Positions 55,289 to 63,717 of a DNA stretch of 64,000 bases are shown in pieces. Below the pieces are notes generated by a model. It saw only the letters and a program-made list of their open reading frames with translations, was not told the origin of the DNA and did no database searches. Source of the stretch: an uncultured Sulfolobales archaeon (GTDB lineage Archaea > Thermoproteota > Thermoprotei_A > Sulfolobales > Acidilobaceae); the NCBI GenBank assembly GCA_937921695.1, contig CAKZTZ010000007.1, positions 49,719 through 113,718 of the forward strand. The letters are read 5' to 3'. How positions within the stretch are numbered: the stretch's first letter is position 1; the number at the start of each line of letters is the position of its first letter. Position numbers and translations under genes: made by a program.

Positions 55289-56461
55289 CTACTTCTTCCA
55301 GATCCAATACTCGTAGCCGTAGGGTGGCTGTTTTAACATCCTTTCTTTAATTAGATAATCTATTGTCTCGGTGAAAGCTAGATGATAGAACCAGGAGAAA
55401 AACTCTGCAAAACTAGAGTACCCGCTTGCTTTAAGTTTTTTAAAGGTATTCTGGATTTCGTCTAGGTTCTTATAGATTACATTGAAGATATGAGTAGACA
55501 TGTAGTTTATGAAGCTGTCAATAATGTTCATGTCTTCTCTCGTGTAAACTGGAGCTTGTGGATTGAGGTTTTCATCTAAGTATAGCCATTCTTTCAGGTA
55601 TTTCGCTGACTCCTCACCTATCTCGTAACCACTCTCATAGTATTTCCTCTCGTATTCTCTAAGGATCTTCGACACTTTGTCATCCAATTTCTTCATGACG
55701 ACATCTCTCTCGTGAACTGGAAGTTCCACAAATTTTTTATAGGCTTTTGAAGGGTCATTTTCACCCATTATCTCCATTAGAAGTTTAATTAGAGAGTCGG
55801 GCGGGGAAGTTCTCCGCCTCTCTTTCTCCCCTCCAAAACTTGCGAACCCATATTCGCTTAACTCACCATAATGCATCCCGTACCGGCCTAGATATTCCAT
55901 GCCACCCTCTACGCCCCACATGTAATATTGGCCACCTTTCCTTGCAGGCGCTCTCAACATAATTCTCCCCTCTTCCCCAAACTTCTTCAACATACCTACG
56001 TCCAGCGAGTAAGCGCCTACCAGGACAAACCCGACCCTATCAAAGCTGAATCTAGGTGAGATGGAAAGCTTACGGTATGTCTCCATGACAACATCCCAAC
56101 GAGCCTTATAGACTTCTCCAAGTTCAACCCCCAAACGCCTGGCAGCATTCCTCGTTCTCCGCACCTCCTCCCTTAACGCGATAAAGAAACCTGGAACTAT
56201 ACGCCCCTCTTTCTCTACTACAAACTCTGCTTCCTTCAGATGCCTTAGGTGACTCTCCACATCCCGCTCTGGAACATTAAGTAGTTTAGCTATACTTCTC
56301 ACAGAATAACCCTTATGAAGCCCTATTACAATACCTTTACGAACTTGCTCTCGGAAAATAACAAAAGGATCGTATTCCAAACAATAACTACCAGCAATAA
56401 TCACGTTAAACCTCGCAGCCCTCTCATTTAAATCCTTAATAAGCCCCACGGTCATGATCAC
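55289..56461 (-). CDS. Hypothetical protein with an N-terminal winged-helix domain and an unknown ~290-aa C-terminal domain
   Basis: 390 aa with the wHTH-like GYSVRSIAKLLNVPERDVESHLRHLKEAEFVVEKEGRI. Codon usage is foreign (AAA/GAA-rich, CGN Arg codons). Confidence 0.5.
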   Translation of the reverse strand: MIMTVGLIKDLNERAARFNVIIAGSYCLEYDPFVIFREQVRKGIVIGLHKGYSVRSIAKLLNVPERDVESHLRHLKEAEFVVEKEGRIVPGFFIALREEVRRTRNAARRLGVELGEVYKARWDVVMETYRKLSISPRFSFDRVGFVLVGAYSLDVGMLKKFGEEGRIMLRAPARKGGQYYMWGVEGGMEYLGRYGMHYGELSEYGFASFGGEKERRRTSPPDSLIKLLMEIMGENDPSKAYKKFVELPVHERDVVMKKLDDKVSKILREYERKYYESGYEIGEESAKYLKEWLYLDENLNPQAPVYTREDMNIIDSFINYMSTHIFNVIYKNLDEIQNTFKKLKASGYSSFAEFFSWFYHLAFTETIDYLIKERMLKQPPYGYEYWIWKK

Positions 56462-57003
56462 CTTTACATAAATAAAGGAGCCTATCTTACCCTTATAACT
56501 CTATTCTTAACACAATATTTAAACTACACGTCCCAGACATAATTGTAAACCCGTATAACAATGGACTTAGCACATTTGATCTTAAAGATAACTAAGCTTC
56601 ATAAACCCATCATAACCACATCACATAGCGCTCCTCCGCTAATGTATTTAATGATATTTCTATATGCTTTTATTTCTGTTAACAGGATTAGTTCCCACCC
56701 CTTCATTAGCTCCAAGAGCGTGAAATCATGTAGAGCTCAATGCTGGGGGCTTCTATATGTTTTGCGAGGCCTCCCTATTCGTAGTGTGTGTCGCCTGAAG
56801 GCTTTAGGGTATAGGTGGGTGACGGTTTTATAGACCTAGTGCCTCTCCATAATGAGCACTGCTATATACGCGCATTCATATAAACTTATCGTTACTCCTA
56901 TAGCAGCCTCATTGAAATATGTTTGCTCTTACCACTACTAACACTTTTCCCATTAAACTCTGCTTAGACTCTGCATTTCTGTTCTCTTTACTAGGATCAT
57001 ATA

Positions 57004-57078
57004 TGGTGCCGCCGGGGGGATTTGAACCCCCGACCACCCGGTCTTCAGCCGGGCGCTCTCCCGCTGAGCTACGGCGGC
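57004..57078 (-). tRNA. tRNA-Phe (anticodon GAA), CCA encoded, no intron
   Basis: Folded by hand: GCCGCCG-UA-GCUC-AGCGGGA-GAGC-G-CCCGG-CUGAAGA-CCGGG-UGGUC-GGGGG-UUCAAAU-CCCCC-CGGCGGC-A-CCA, a perfect cloverleaf. Confidence 0.9.
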
Positions 57079-57164
57079 CCCTATGTATTTTTGGAGAGTG
57101 GGGGATTTAAAGTTTTAGCTTGCTAGAGTCTATGTTTTAACTTTAAAATGTTTAATAGGTTTAA

Positions 57165-58460
57165 TTGTTCCTTTTGATGTTTAGAGTTGAGTGGTTTAGT
57201 GTGGTTAGGGTAAGGGTTCTTGGTAGTGGTAGGGAAGTTGGTAGGGCTGCTATTCTTGTTGAGAGTAGTGGTGGTTCTCTATTGTTAGATTATGGTGTTA
57301 ATTTTGATGAGCGTGATAATCCAGTGTTCCCGGAGCATGTTAGGCCTAGGGATCTTTCTGGTGTAGTGTTGACTCACAGCCATTTGGATCATGTTGGTGC
57401 CGCCCCTATGCTCTATACTAGTGTTAGGCCCCCGCTTTACGCTACTCCTTTAACTTTGAGTGTTTCCAGGCTCCTCCTCTATGATATGATTAAACTTAAT
57501 GGGCCCAACCTGGCTTTTGACGAGACTGTAGTCAACGATATGTTATCTTCAGCCTCCCCACTCAGCTATGGGGAGTATGTTGAGGCTGAGGGTTTCAGGT
57601 TTAAGTTGCTGCCTTCAGGCCATATTCCTGGGAGTGCTAGTGTTCTCGTAGACTTAAATGGTAAGACTCTACTTTACACTAGTGATGTTAACGTTATAAA
57701 CACTAAGCTCATGAAGCCCGCTGAGCTTGAAGGTGTTGAGGCTAACGTTGTAATAATAGAGTCTACTTATGGAAACGCGAACCACCCGCCCCGGGAGGAG
57801 ACTGAGGCTAGGTTCGTAAACTCTGTGAGAGAAGTAGTAGAGTCTGGGGGTGTTGTTCTAGTCCCTGTTTTCAGCGTTAGCAGGGGCCAGGAGATAATGT
57901 GTGTCTTAGCCTATAATGGTGTGGAGGCTCCAGTTTGGGTTGACGGTATGGTTAAAGACGTGGCGGAGCTCTACTTAAACCACCCCGAGTATATAAGGCT
58001 TAACGGGATCCTAGCTAAGGCTATGAGCGAGTACAATATTGTCAGGGGATGGCATGATAGGAGACTAGCATACGGGGAGCCCGGGGTCATAGTATCGAGC
58101 TCCGGGATGCTCAAAGGGGGGCCGAGCCTTTATTATTTAAGGAAGATAGCTGAAAACCCGAAAAACGCCGTTTTCCTAGTGAGCTTCCAGGGGAAAGGAA
58201 CCCCAGGGAGGCAAATACTAGAGAGTGGGACAGCACTTCTGGAAGAAATACCGGTAAGAGCTAGAGTAGAATGGTTCGACTTCTCAAGCCACATAGACCA
58301 GAAAGGTATAATAAAACTAGTTAAAAACCTGAAAAACGTCGAGAAAATAATCCTAGTACACGGCACGTCTAAAGCGCAAGAAGCCCTAACAACTAAAATA
58401 AGGGAAGAACTAGATCTAGAACCGTTAACCCCAGCTACAGGGGAGACAATAGAAATATAG
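57165..58460 (+). CDS. Metallo-beta-lactamase / beta-CASP ribonuclease (aCPSF2-like, no KH domains)
   Basis: VRVLGSGREVGRAAILVE and HxHxDH in LTHSHLDHVGAAP, with C-terminal beta-CASP-like motifs (SSHIDQ, LVHG). The start is more likely the GTG encoding VRVRVLGSG, about 12 codons downstream of the track start. Confidence 0.8.
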   Translation: MFLLMFRVEWFSVVRVRVLGSGREVGRAAILVESSGGSLLLDYGVNFDERDNPVFPEHVRPRDLSGVVLTHSHLDHVGAAPMLYTSVRPPLYATPLTLSVSRLLLYDMIKLNGPNLAFDETVVNDMLSSASPLSYGEYVEAEGFRFKLLPSGHIPGSASVLVDLNGKTLLYTSDVNVINTKLMKPAELEGVEANVVIIESTYGNANHPPREETEARFVNSVREVVESGGVVLVPVFSVSRGQEIMCVLAYNGVEAPVWVDGMVKDVAELYLNHPEYIRLNGILAKAMSEYNIVRGWHDRRLAYGEPGVIVSSSGMLKGGPSLYYLRKIAENPKNAVFLVSFQGKGTPGRQILESGTALLEEIPVRARVEWFDFSSHIDQKGIIKLVKNLKNVEKIILVHGTSKAQEALTTKIREELDLEPLTPATGETIEI

Positions 58461-58641
58461 CCACGCTTAAACTTAAAGAGTTAAAACTAGGGGTTAACGG
58501 GCCCTCATAATCCTTTAAAGCCCCGTTAAAATAAAGCTTCTCACGCTGGAGCAGAGTGGAACAAGATGGTGAAGTTTCTAGCTTAAGGTAGCCCTCAAAT
58601 AAAGATATCCCAGAGAGGCTCCTCCTGTGAAGCTTAGCTGT

Positions 58642-58857
58642 TTACTGTTTCTTATCAACTTCCACTACTTGTTTGCACGCTATCTTACTTAGAACTTCCT
58701 GTAGTTTATCTTCTGTAGTCTTGAAAGTGTAGAGGTATCTTCTAGTTCTAGCTTTAACTTTAACAATGTTAGTTTTTCTAACCCTTTTAACTCTACATTC
58801 TGAAGCTCTCTTCGCTATCTCCGCAAAAGTTTCCAGGTCTTTTACCTCTATGGGCAT
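58642..58857 (-). CDS. rpl38e: Ribosomal protein eL38
   Basis: 71 aa. MPIEVKDLETFAEIAKRA...VKVKARTRRYLYTFKT is collinear with eukaryotic L38 (..KFKVRCSRYLYTLV..). Confidence 0.75.
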   Translation of the reverse strand: MPIEVKDLETFAEIAKRASECRVKRVRKTNIVKVKARTRRYLYTFKTTEDKLQEVLSKIACKQVVEVDKKQ

Positions 58858-58971
58858 GTTCTCCGCCCTTCAGCGTTTTAGCTTTTTCGAGGGCTATTAA
58901 GCGTTTAATGCTATGCCCGGTTTACGTTTAAGTGTGGGGGTTCTTTTGAAATTTAAAAGCTCCTATGTTAC

Positions 58972-59256
58972 ATGGGTGTGAGGGGTGCGCTGGTTTTGGC
59001 TGAGGAACGCATTGTGATTAAGGTTGGGGAGAGGGAGGTTGAGATTAACGAGGAGACTTTAAGTGTTTTAAGGAAGTATAAGAGGACTGAGATGACTCTA
59101 GAGCAGCTGGCGGCAGCTTTAGGCCTTGAAGGCTGGGATGAGGCTTACGAGCTTGTGAAGAAGATCCCCGCATGGCTTATGGATGTGGATCCTACGATGT
59201 GGAAGACTATATTCAGCAAGTATGCCCAGGAGCTTAAGAGGGAACTTGAAAGCTAG
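58972..59256 (+). CDS. Hypothetical 94-aa protein
   Basis: An ORF with coding-like composition and no recognised motif. It ends at a TAG that is in frame with the following GNAT domain. Confidence 0.4.
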   Translation: MGVRGALVLAEERIVIKVGEREVEINEETLSVLRKYKRTEMTLEQLAAALGLEGWDEAYELVKKIPAWLMDVDPTMWKTIFSKYAQELKRELES

Positions 59257-59478
59257 GGTGGTATAATATTTAGGATCATAGTCAAGCAGGAGGAAGGCCT
59301 GACGCTCAGGTTATTATCGGAGGAGTTTTCGAGATATCATAGGGTTTTCGCTCGAGCAGCCTTAGAGAATAGTGGTGTAGGTCTTATAGCAACCGTCAAC
59401 GAGAAGATAGCTGGCTCCGCTATAGGGTACCTCGCGGGCCTCAAGCCGCCAAAAATAGGGGTTATATATTATGTTTAC

Positions 59479-59841
59479 GTGAAGAGGGAGCATAGAGGCC
59501 GAGGGTTGGGTAAAATCCTAGTAGCCTCCCTGGAGGAGCTCCTCGAAAACATGGGGGCTGAAATATTCGTAGCGTCTACGAGCGAGCACAACATAGTCTC
59601 GAGGAACCTGTTCAAAAACATGGGGTACTCGGAGCTCACATGGGAAAGCGTTGAGGAGCTTTTAGGTAGTGAGGAAGCGAGGGCCCTAGAGATGGCCAGT
59701 TGTAGCTATGAAGACGACGTGGTTATGGTTAAGCCTTACGCTAAACTCTCAGAGATAAAACTTAACATTGGAAACTACGAGAGCCTATGGTATGACATAT
59801 GCTACAGACCTTGGATAGAATATAGGAACATGAAATATTAG
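59479..59841 (+). CDS. GNAT-family N-acetyltransferase (coordinates are the track ORF; the homology extends upstream to 59257)
   Basis: The acetyl-CoA motif VKREHRGRGLGKILV lies at the very start of the track ORF. Upstream in the same frame, from 59257, IIFRIIVKQEEGLTLRLLSEEFSRYHRVFARAALENSGVGLIATVNEKIAGSAIGYL... looks like the GNAT N-terminal half but has no ATG, GTG or TTG. Confidence 0.6.
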   Translation: MKREHRGRGLGKILVASLEELLENMGAEIFVASTSEHNIVSRNLFKNMGYSELTWESVEELLGSEEARALEMASCSYEDDVVMVKPYAKLSEIKLNIGNYESLWYDICYRPWIEYRNMKY

Positions 59842-59889
59842 AAAGCTCAAACTTAAAGTCCCAGTCTAGTGGGCGCGGGGATTGGTAGA

Positions 59890-60891
59890 TTAGATGAGCG
59901 CTCTCCAAGGCTCTCTTTTGAGCTTCTTCCATCCGCTCCATTGTTTCAGGATTTTTAGCGCATTCTCCTCCATTATGGCTTTTTTGGCTTTCCACGTTAT
60001 GTTTAGCCTTAGTATCCCTTCTATAGCGTCATCTATTTCAAGACCTGTGACCATGGGGTAGTCGCTTCCGAATAATAGTTTGTCGTAGCCTACTTCATCT
60101 ACAGCCCTCTCCACGAAGTAGGGGTCTGTTGCTGAAGTATCTGCGTACACGTTGTCTTCTGATAGGGTTTCTAGCGCTTCTTTAAAGTATATCCCCGGGT
60201 TTAGGGCGCTGTATGAGCCTAAGTGCGCTATTATGAACTTAGCGTCTCTCACGGTTCTCGCAGCCCTAGCTACATATGATGGTCTGGCTTTCGAGCAGAA
60301 TGCTGGGAACTCCCATATGCCGGGGTCGCAGCCTGTGTGGACTATTACTACACCCCCTATACTTGCTATAGTCTCATATAGGGGTCGCAGTTTGTCCTCG
60401 TCGGGTCTCGTGAAGTGTAGTGTTGGGAATATTTTAACTCCAAGTATCGCTTCGCCCATGTTCTTAAGCTTCTCAACGTTCTCCGAGACTCTGGCGTCAG
60501 GGTTATAGCTTGCAACAGGTATCAGGAGGGGTTTTTCCCCACTTTCAGCTGCAATTACAGCTTTAGCGAAAACCTCGGAGTCCTTGGAGTAATCGTTTAG
60601 TATCCTTATATGCTCTTTTATAGCCTTCTCAGGGTTTAACACTATACTGTGCAGGTACATGATCTTAGACATCATAAGGTAATCTAGAGACTCTGAGGCC
60701 GCCCTCCATATCTTGTCGGGGCTAACATTCTCTAGGAATGTTTTAACCCCAAACTCTACGTTAATAACAACTCCCACCTTAACCCCCGCATAGCTTAAAG
60801 CTTCTAGGAGTTTCTGGGAAGCTTCTAAAGCCCCCCTAGGTTCTAGGGGTAGGTGCACGTGGAAGTCTACTATGTTAAAGTCCCAGCCCAC
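59890..60891 (-). CDS. Amidohydrolase-2 family metal-dependent hydrolase (TIM barrel)
   Basis: IVDFHVHLP, VIVHTGCDPG, IIAHLG and LFGSDYP. Confidence 0.75.
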   Translation of the reverse strand: MGWDFNIVDFHVHLPLEPRGALEASQKLLEALSYAGVKVGVVINVEFGVKTFLENVSPDKIWRAASESLDYLMMSKIMYLHSIVLNPEKAIKEHIRILNDYSKDSEVFAKAVIAAESGEKPLLIPVASYNPDARVSENVEKLKNMGEAILGVKIFPTLHFTRPDEDKLRPLYETIASIGGVVIVHTGCDPGIWEFPAFCSKARPSYVARAARTVRDAKFIIAHLGSYSALNPGIYFKEALETLSEDNVYADTSATDPYFVERAVDEVGYDKLLFGSDYPMVTGLEIDDAIEGILRLNITWKAKKAIMEENALKILKQWSGWKKLKREPWRALI

Positions 60892-60967
60892 TTATAGCAC
60901 CAGAGTATACGGTATTCCCAAGCCGAGGTTTTAAGCGTTAGGGTCAACATTATATCAAGGGGTTTAC

Positions 60968-61870
60968 ATGGAGTTCTCCCATTGGCTTTCAATGTTGAAA
61001 AGGCTCTCCAGCGTCGCAGGCTCCCTAGACTATTTCGACTACGACGCTAGCCCCCTGAACGGCTTCATAGTCAACATAGACGGCTACGCTGCTTCAAGCT
61101 CGAAGCCCCCCTGGGTTAGCTGGAGCGACTGGGGGTGGAGGGCTCTCGTAGCTTCAGCTTCAGACGTGGCCGCTAGTGGGGGTAAGCCTATAGCTGTAGT
61201 CTATAGTGTTGGGGTTGAGAGTTTCGAGCGGGCTCTCGAGATAGCTGTTGGAGTTAGAGAGGCCTCAGAGTGGGCTGGGGTTATAGTGTTGAAGGCTGAC
61301 ACTAACAGGAGCAGTGTAGACTCCTGGATAGATGTTACTGTTATAGGTGTTTCGGAGAGGCCATTGTCGAGGAGGGGGGCTAGGCCCGGCGATTTCCTAG
61401 TGCAGGTAGGCTGTATAGGTTATGGTTTCGTGGCTGATAAGGCTTTGAAAGGCCTCATAGACATAAACAAGTACCCTGAAACCCTAGAGTATACTAGGAG
61501 GCCGAAGCCACCTTTAAACATGGGGTTAACGGTTTCAAAATGCGGGGCTAGGGCTGCCATAGATAATAGTGATGGGTGGGCCTCCACTTTATACCAGCTA
61601 GCTGAGGCTAGCGGGGTTAAAATAGTTGTTGAAGACGTGCTTGCAACAAGAGAAGCCCTAGAACTAGCGGCGAGCTTGTCGGAAGATCTAATGGAGAGCT
61701 GGGAAGACTACAACCTAGCTGTTGCTGCCGGCTCTGAGGAGGCTGAATGTATACTCAGAGAATGTCGTGGGGCCGGCGTCCCTTGCAGTATAGTTGGGAA
61801 GTTTGAAACTGGGGGAGGCGTCTACTTTAGGTCTAAGAGGTTAGAGCCCTTGGGCTGGACTTGGTTTTAA
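60968..61870 (+). CDS. thiL: PurM-fold protein, thiamine-monophosphate kinase (ThiL)-like
   Basis: 300 aa with WSDWGWRALVASASDVAASGGKPIAVVYSVGV and AIDNSDGW. Confidence 0.5.
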   Translation: MEFSHWLSMLKRLSSVAGSLDYFDYDASPLNGFIVNIDGYAASSSKPPWVSWSDWGWRALVASASDVAASGGKPIAVVYSVGVESFERALEIAVGVREASEWAGVIVLKADTNRSSVDSWIDVTVIGVSERPLSRRGARPGDFLVQVGCIGYGFVADKALKGLIDINKYPETLEYTRRPKPPLNMGLTVSKCGARAAIDNSDGWASTLYQLAEASGVKIVVEDVLATREALELAASLSEDLMESWEDYNLAVAAGSEEAECILRECRGAGVPCSIVGKFETGGGVYFRSKRLEPLGWTWF

Positions 61871-61946
61871 ACTTTAACTTGGCAGTTGAAAGTATTGGTG
61901 GCTGTGTGAACATGTATTTTTAACTTTTAGATTTACAATAAATGTT

Positions 61947-63704
61947 ATGGTGTCCCATGTGACTGTAGAAGTTGTTGAACACGATATTGTGATAGTGGGC
62001 TCCGGTATAGCCGGTCTTAGAGCTGCAGTGGAGATTAAGAGGAACTATGGCGATAAGCTCAACGTCGGCCTTATAAGCAAGGTTCAACTTATGAGGAGCC
62101 ATAGTGTAGCTGCTGAGGGGGGCACTGCAGCAGTCCTCTATAGAGAGGAGGGTGACAGCTACGCTCTACACGCATGGGATACTGTTAAAGGCTCAGACTT
62201 CCTCGCCGACCAGGATGTTGTGTGGCTTATGGTTAAGCTTGCTGCGGAGGAAGTTAGGCTCTTAGAGCATTGGGGGCTGCCTTGGAGTAGGAGGCCTGAC
62301 GGTAGGATAGCTTTGAGGCCTTTCGGCGGTCATAGCTTTAATAGGACTTTATATGCAGCTGATAAGACTGGATTCTATGAGATGCAAACCCTCTATAATA
62401 AGCTCCTCGAGTATGATGGCTGGGAGAGGTATGATGAGTGGTTTGTAACTAATATATATGTTGATGAGGGGGAGTTTAAGGGGCTATTCACTTTAAACCC
62501 GAGGGATGGGAATATATACTTGTTCAAGGCTAAGGCAGCCATACTAGCTACTGGAGGCGCCGGGAGGCTCTATAGTTTCACTACATACTCACACTCTGTA
62601 ACTGGAGACGGGCTTGCAATGGCGATGAGGGCCGGCATACCTTTAAAAGACATGGAGTTCATACAGTTCCACCCAACAGGCCTAGTGCCTAGTGGGATCC
62701 TGATAACCGAAGGTGCTAGGGGCGAGGGCGGCTATCTTATAAACAATAAGGGTGAGAGGTTCATGGCTAGATATGCGCCCCAGAAGATGGAGCTAGCCCC
62801 TAGGGATATAGTGTCTAGGGCTATTATGAGGGAGATAGTGGAGGGTAAGGGTTTCATAGATGAAGTCTCGGGCCTCGAGTATGTACAGTTAGACCTCAGA
62901 CACTTAGGCGAAGACAAGATAAACGATAAGCTCCCAGCTGTGAGAGAGATAGCTTTGAAACACGCAGGCATAGACCCTGTGGAGGAGCCTATACCGATAA
63001 GGCCCGTAGCCCACTACACTATGGGCGGAATACACACTGATACTTACTATAGGGTTTTAGATAAGGATGGCAGATGGATCAGGGGGTTATTCGCTGCGGG
63101 CGAAGTAGCTGCGGCGAGCATACATGGGGCTAACAGGCTAGGCTCTAACAGCACCACGGAATGCCTAGTTTCAGGCCGCATCACCGGAATACTGGCTGCA
63201 GAATATGCCCTCAAAGCTGAGGAGGCTAAGGAGCCTCCGAGAGATAGAGTTGCGGCTGAGGAAGACTGGGTATACTCTCTCGTTAAAAGGGAGAGCGGGA
63301 CTCCCAGTTACATGGTAAGGAGGGAGCTCCAGGACACTATGGGCTCTAAGTTCTACGTCTTCAGGACCGAAGACGGTATGAGGGACGGCTTGCTTAAGAT
63401 AGTTAAACTCAGGAATATAATGAGGAGCGACGCTTACGTCGAGGACAAGTCTAGGGTTTACAATACAGACCTCATACTGGCACTAGAAACGGTAAACATG
63501 CTGGACATAGCTCTAGTTATAGCTAAAGGCGCTATAACTAGGCTGGAGAGTAGAGGGGCCCATTACAGGCTAGATTATACTAAGAGAGATGACGTCGACT
63601 GGCTTAAACACACGCTAGCTTTAAGATATGGAGAGGATGACGTCAGCCTATACTATGAGCCTGTAAGAATAACAACTTGGAAGCCTACTGAGAGAAAGTA
63701 TTAG
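61947..63704 (+). CDS. sdhA: Succinate dehydrogenase/fumarate reductase flavoprotein subunit
   Basis: FAD fold VIVGSGIAGLRAA, SHSVAAEGG, FHPTGL, HYTMGGI and ESRGAHYR. Confidence 0.9.
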   Translation: MVSHVTVEVVEHDIVIVGSGIAGLRAAVEIKRNYGDKLNVGLISKVQLMRSHSVAAEGGTAAVLYREEGDSYALHAWDTVKGSDFLADQDVVWLMVKLAAEEVRLLEHWGLPWSRRPDGRIALRPFGGHSFNRTLYAADKTGFYEMQTLYNKLLEYDGWERYDEWFVTNIYVDEGEFKGLFTLNPRDGNIYLFKAKAAILATGGAGRLYSFTTYSHSVTGDGLAMAMRAGIPLKDMEFIQFHPTGLVPSGILITEGARGEGGYLINNKGERFMARYAPQKMELAPRDIVSRAIMREIVEGKGFIDEVSGLEYVQLDLRHLGEDKINDKLPAVREIALKHAGIDPVEEPIPIRPVAHYTMGGIHTDTYYRVLDKDGRWIRGLFAAGEVAAASIHGANRLGSNSTTECLVSGRITGILAAEYALKAEEAKEPPRDRVAAEEDWVYSLVKRESGTPSYMVRRELQDTMGSKFYVFRTEDGMRDGLLKIVKLRNIMRSDAYVEDKSRVYNTDLILALETVNMLDIALVIAKGAITRLESRGAHYRLDYTKRDDVDWLKHTLALRYGEDDVSLYYEPVRITTWKPTERKY

Positions 63705-63717
63705 GGGGTGGCGTGTT

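Larger units (their letters stand above)
53664..57078 (-). mobile_element. Possible degraded tRNA-Phe-targeted integrated element, bounded by the 57-nt direct repeat; no integrase recognisable
   Basis: There is a direct repeat of the tRNA core on the 3' side of the intact tRNA. The interior holds a pseudogene, an orphan wHTH gene with foreign codon usage, and about 540 bp of ORF-poor AT-rich DNA next to the tRNA. Confidence 0.25.

Noticed and set aside
56462-57003. Possible decayed integrase next to tRNA-Phe, including the 90-aa ORF 56561..56833 and ORF 56919..57110
   Set aside because: Hand translation of both strands gave only short fragments (for example ..AFRRHTLRIGR.., ..LHDFTLLELMKG..) that loosely recall tyrosine-recombinase boxes but cannot be supported without a search. 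ORF 56919..57110 overlaps the tRNA gene.
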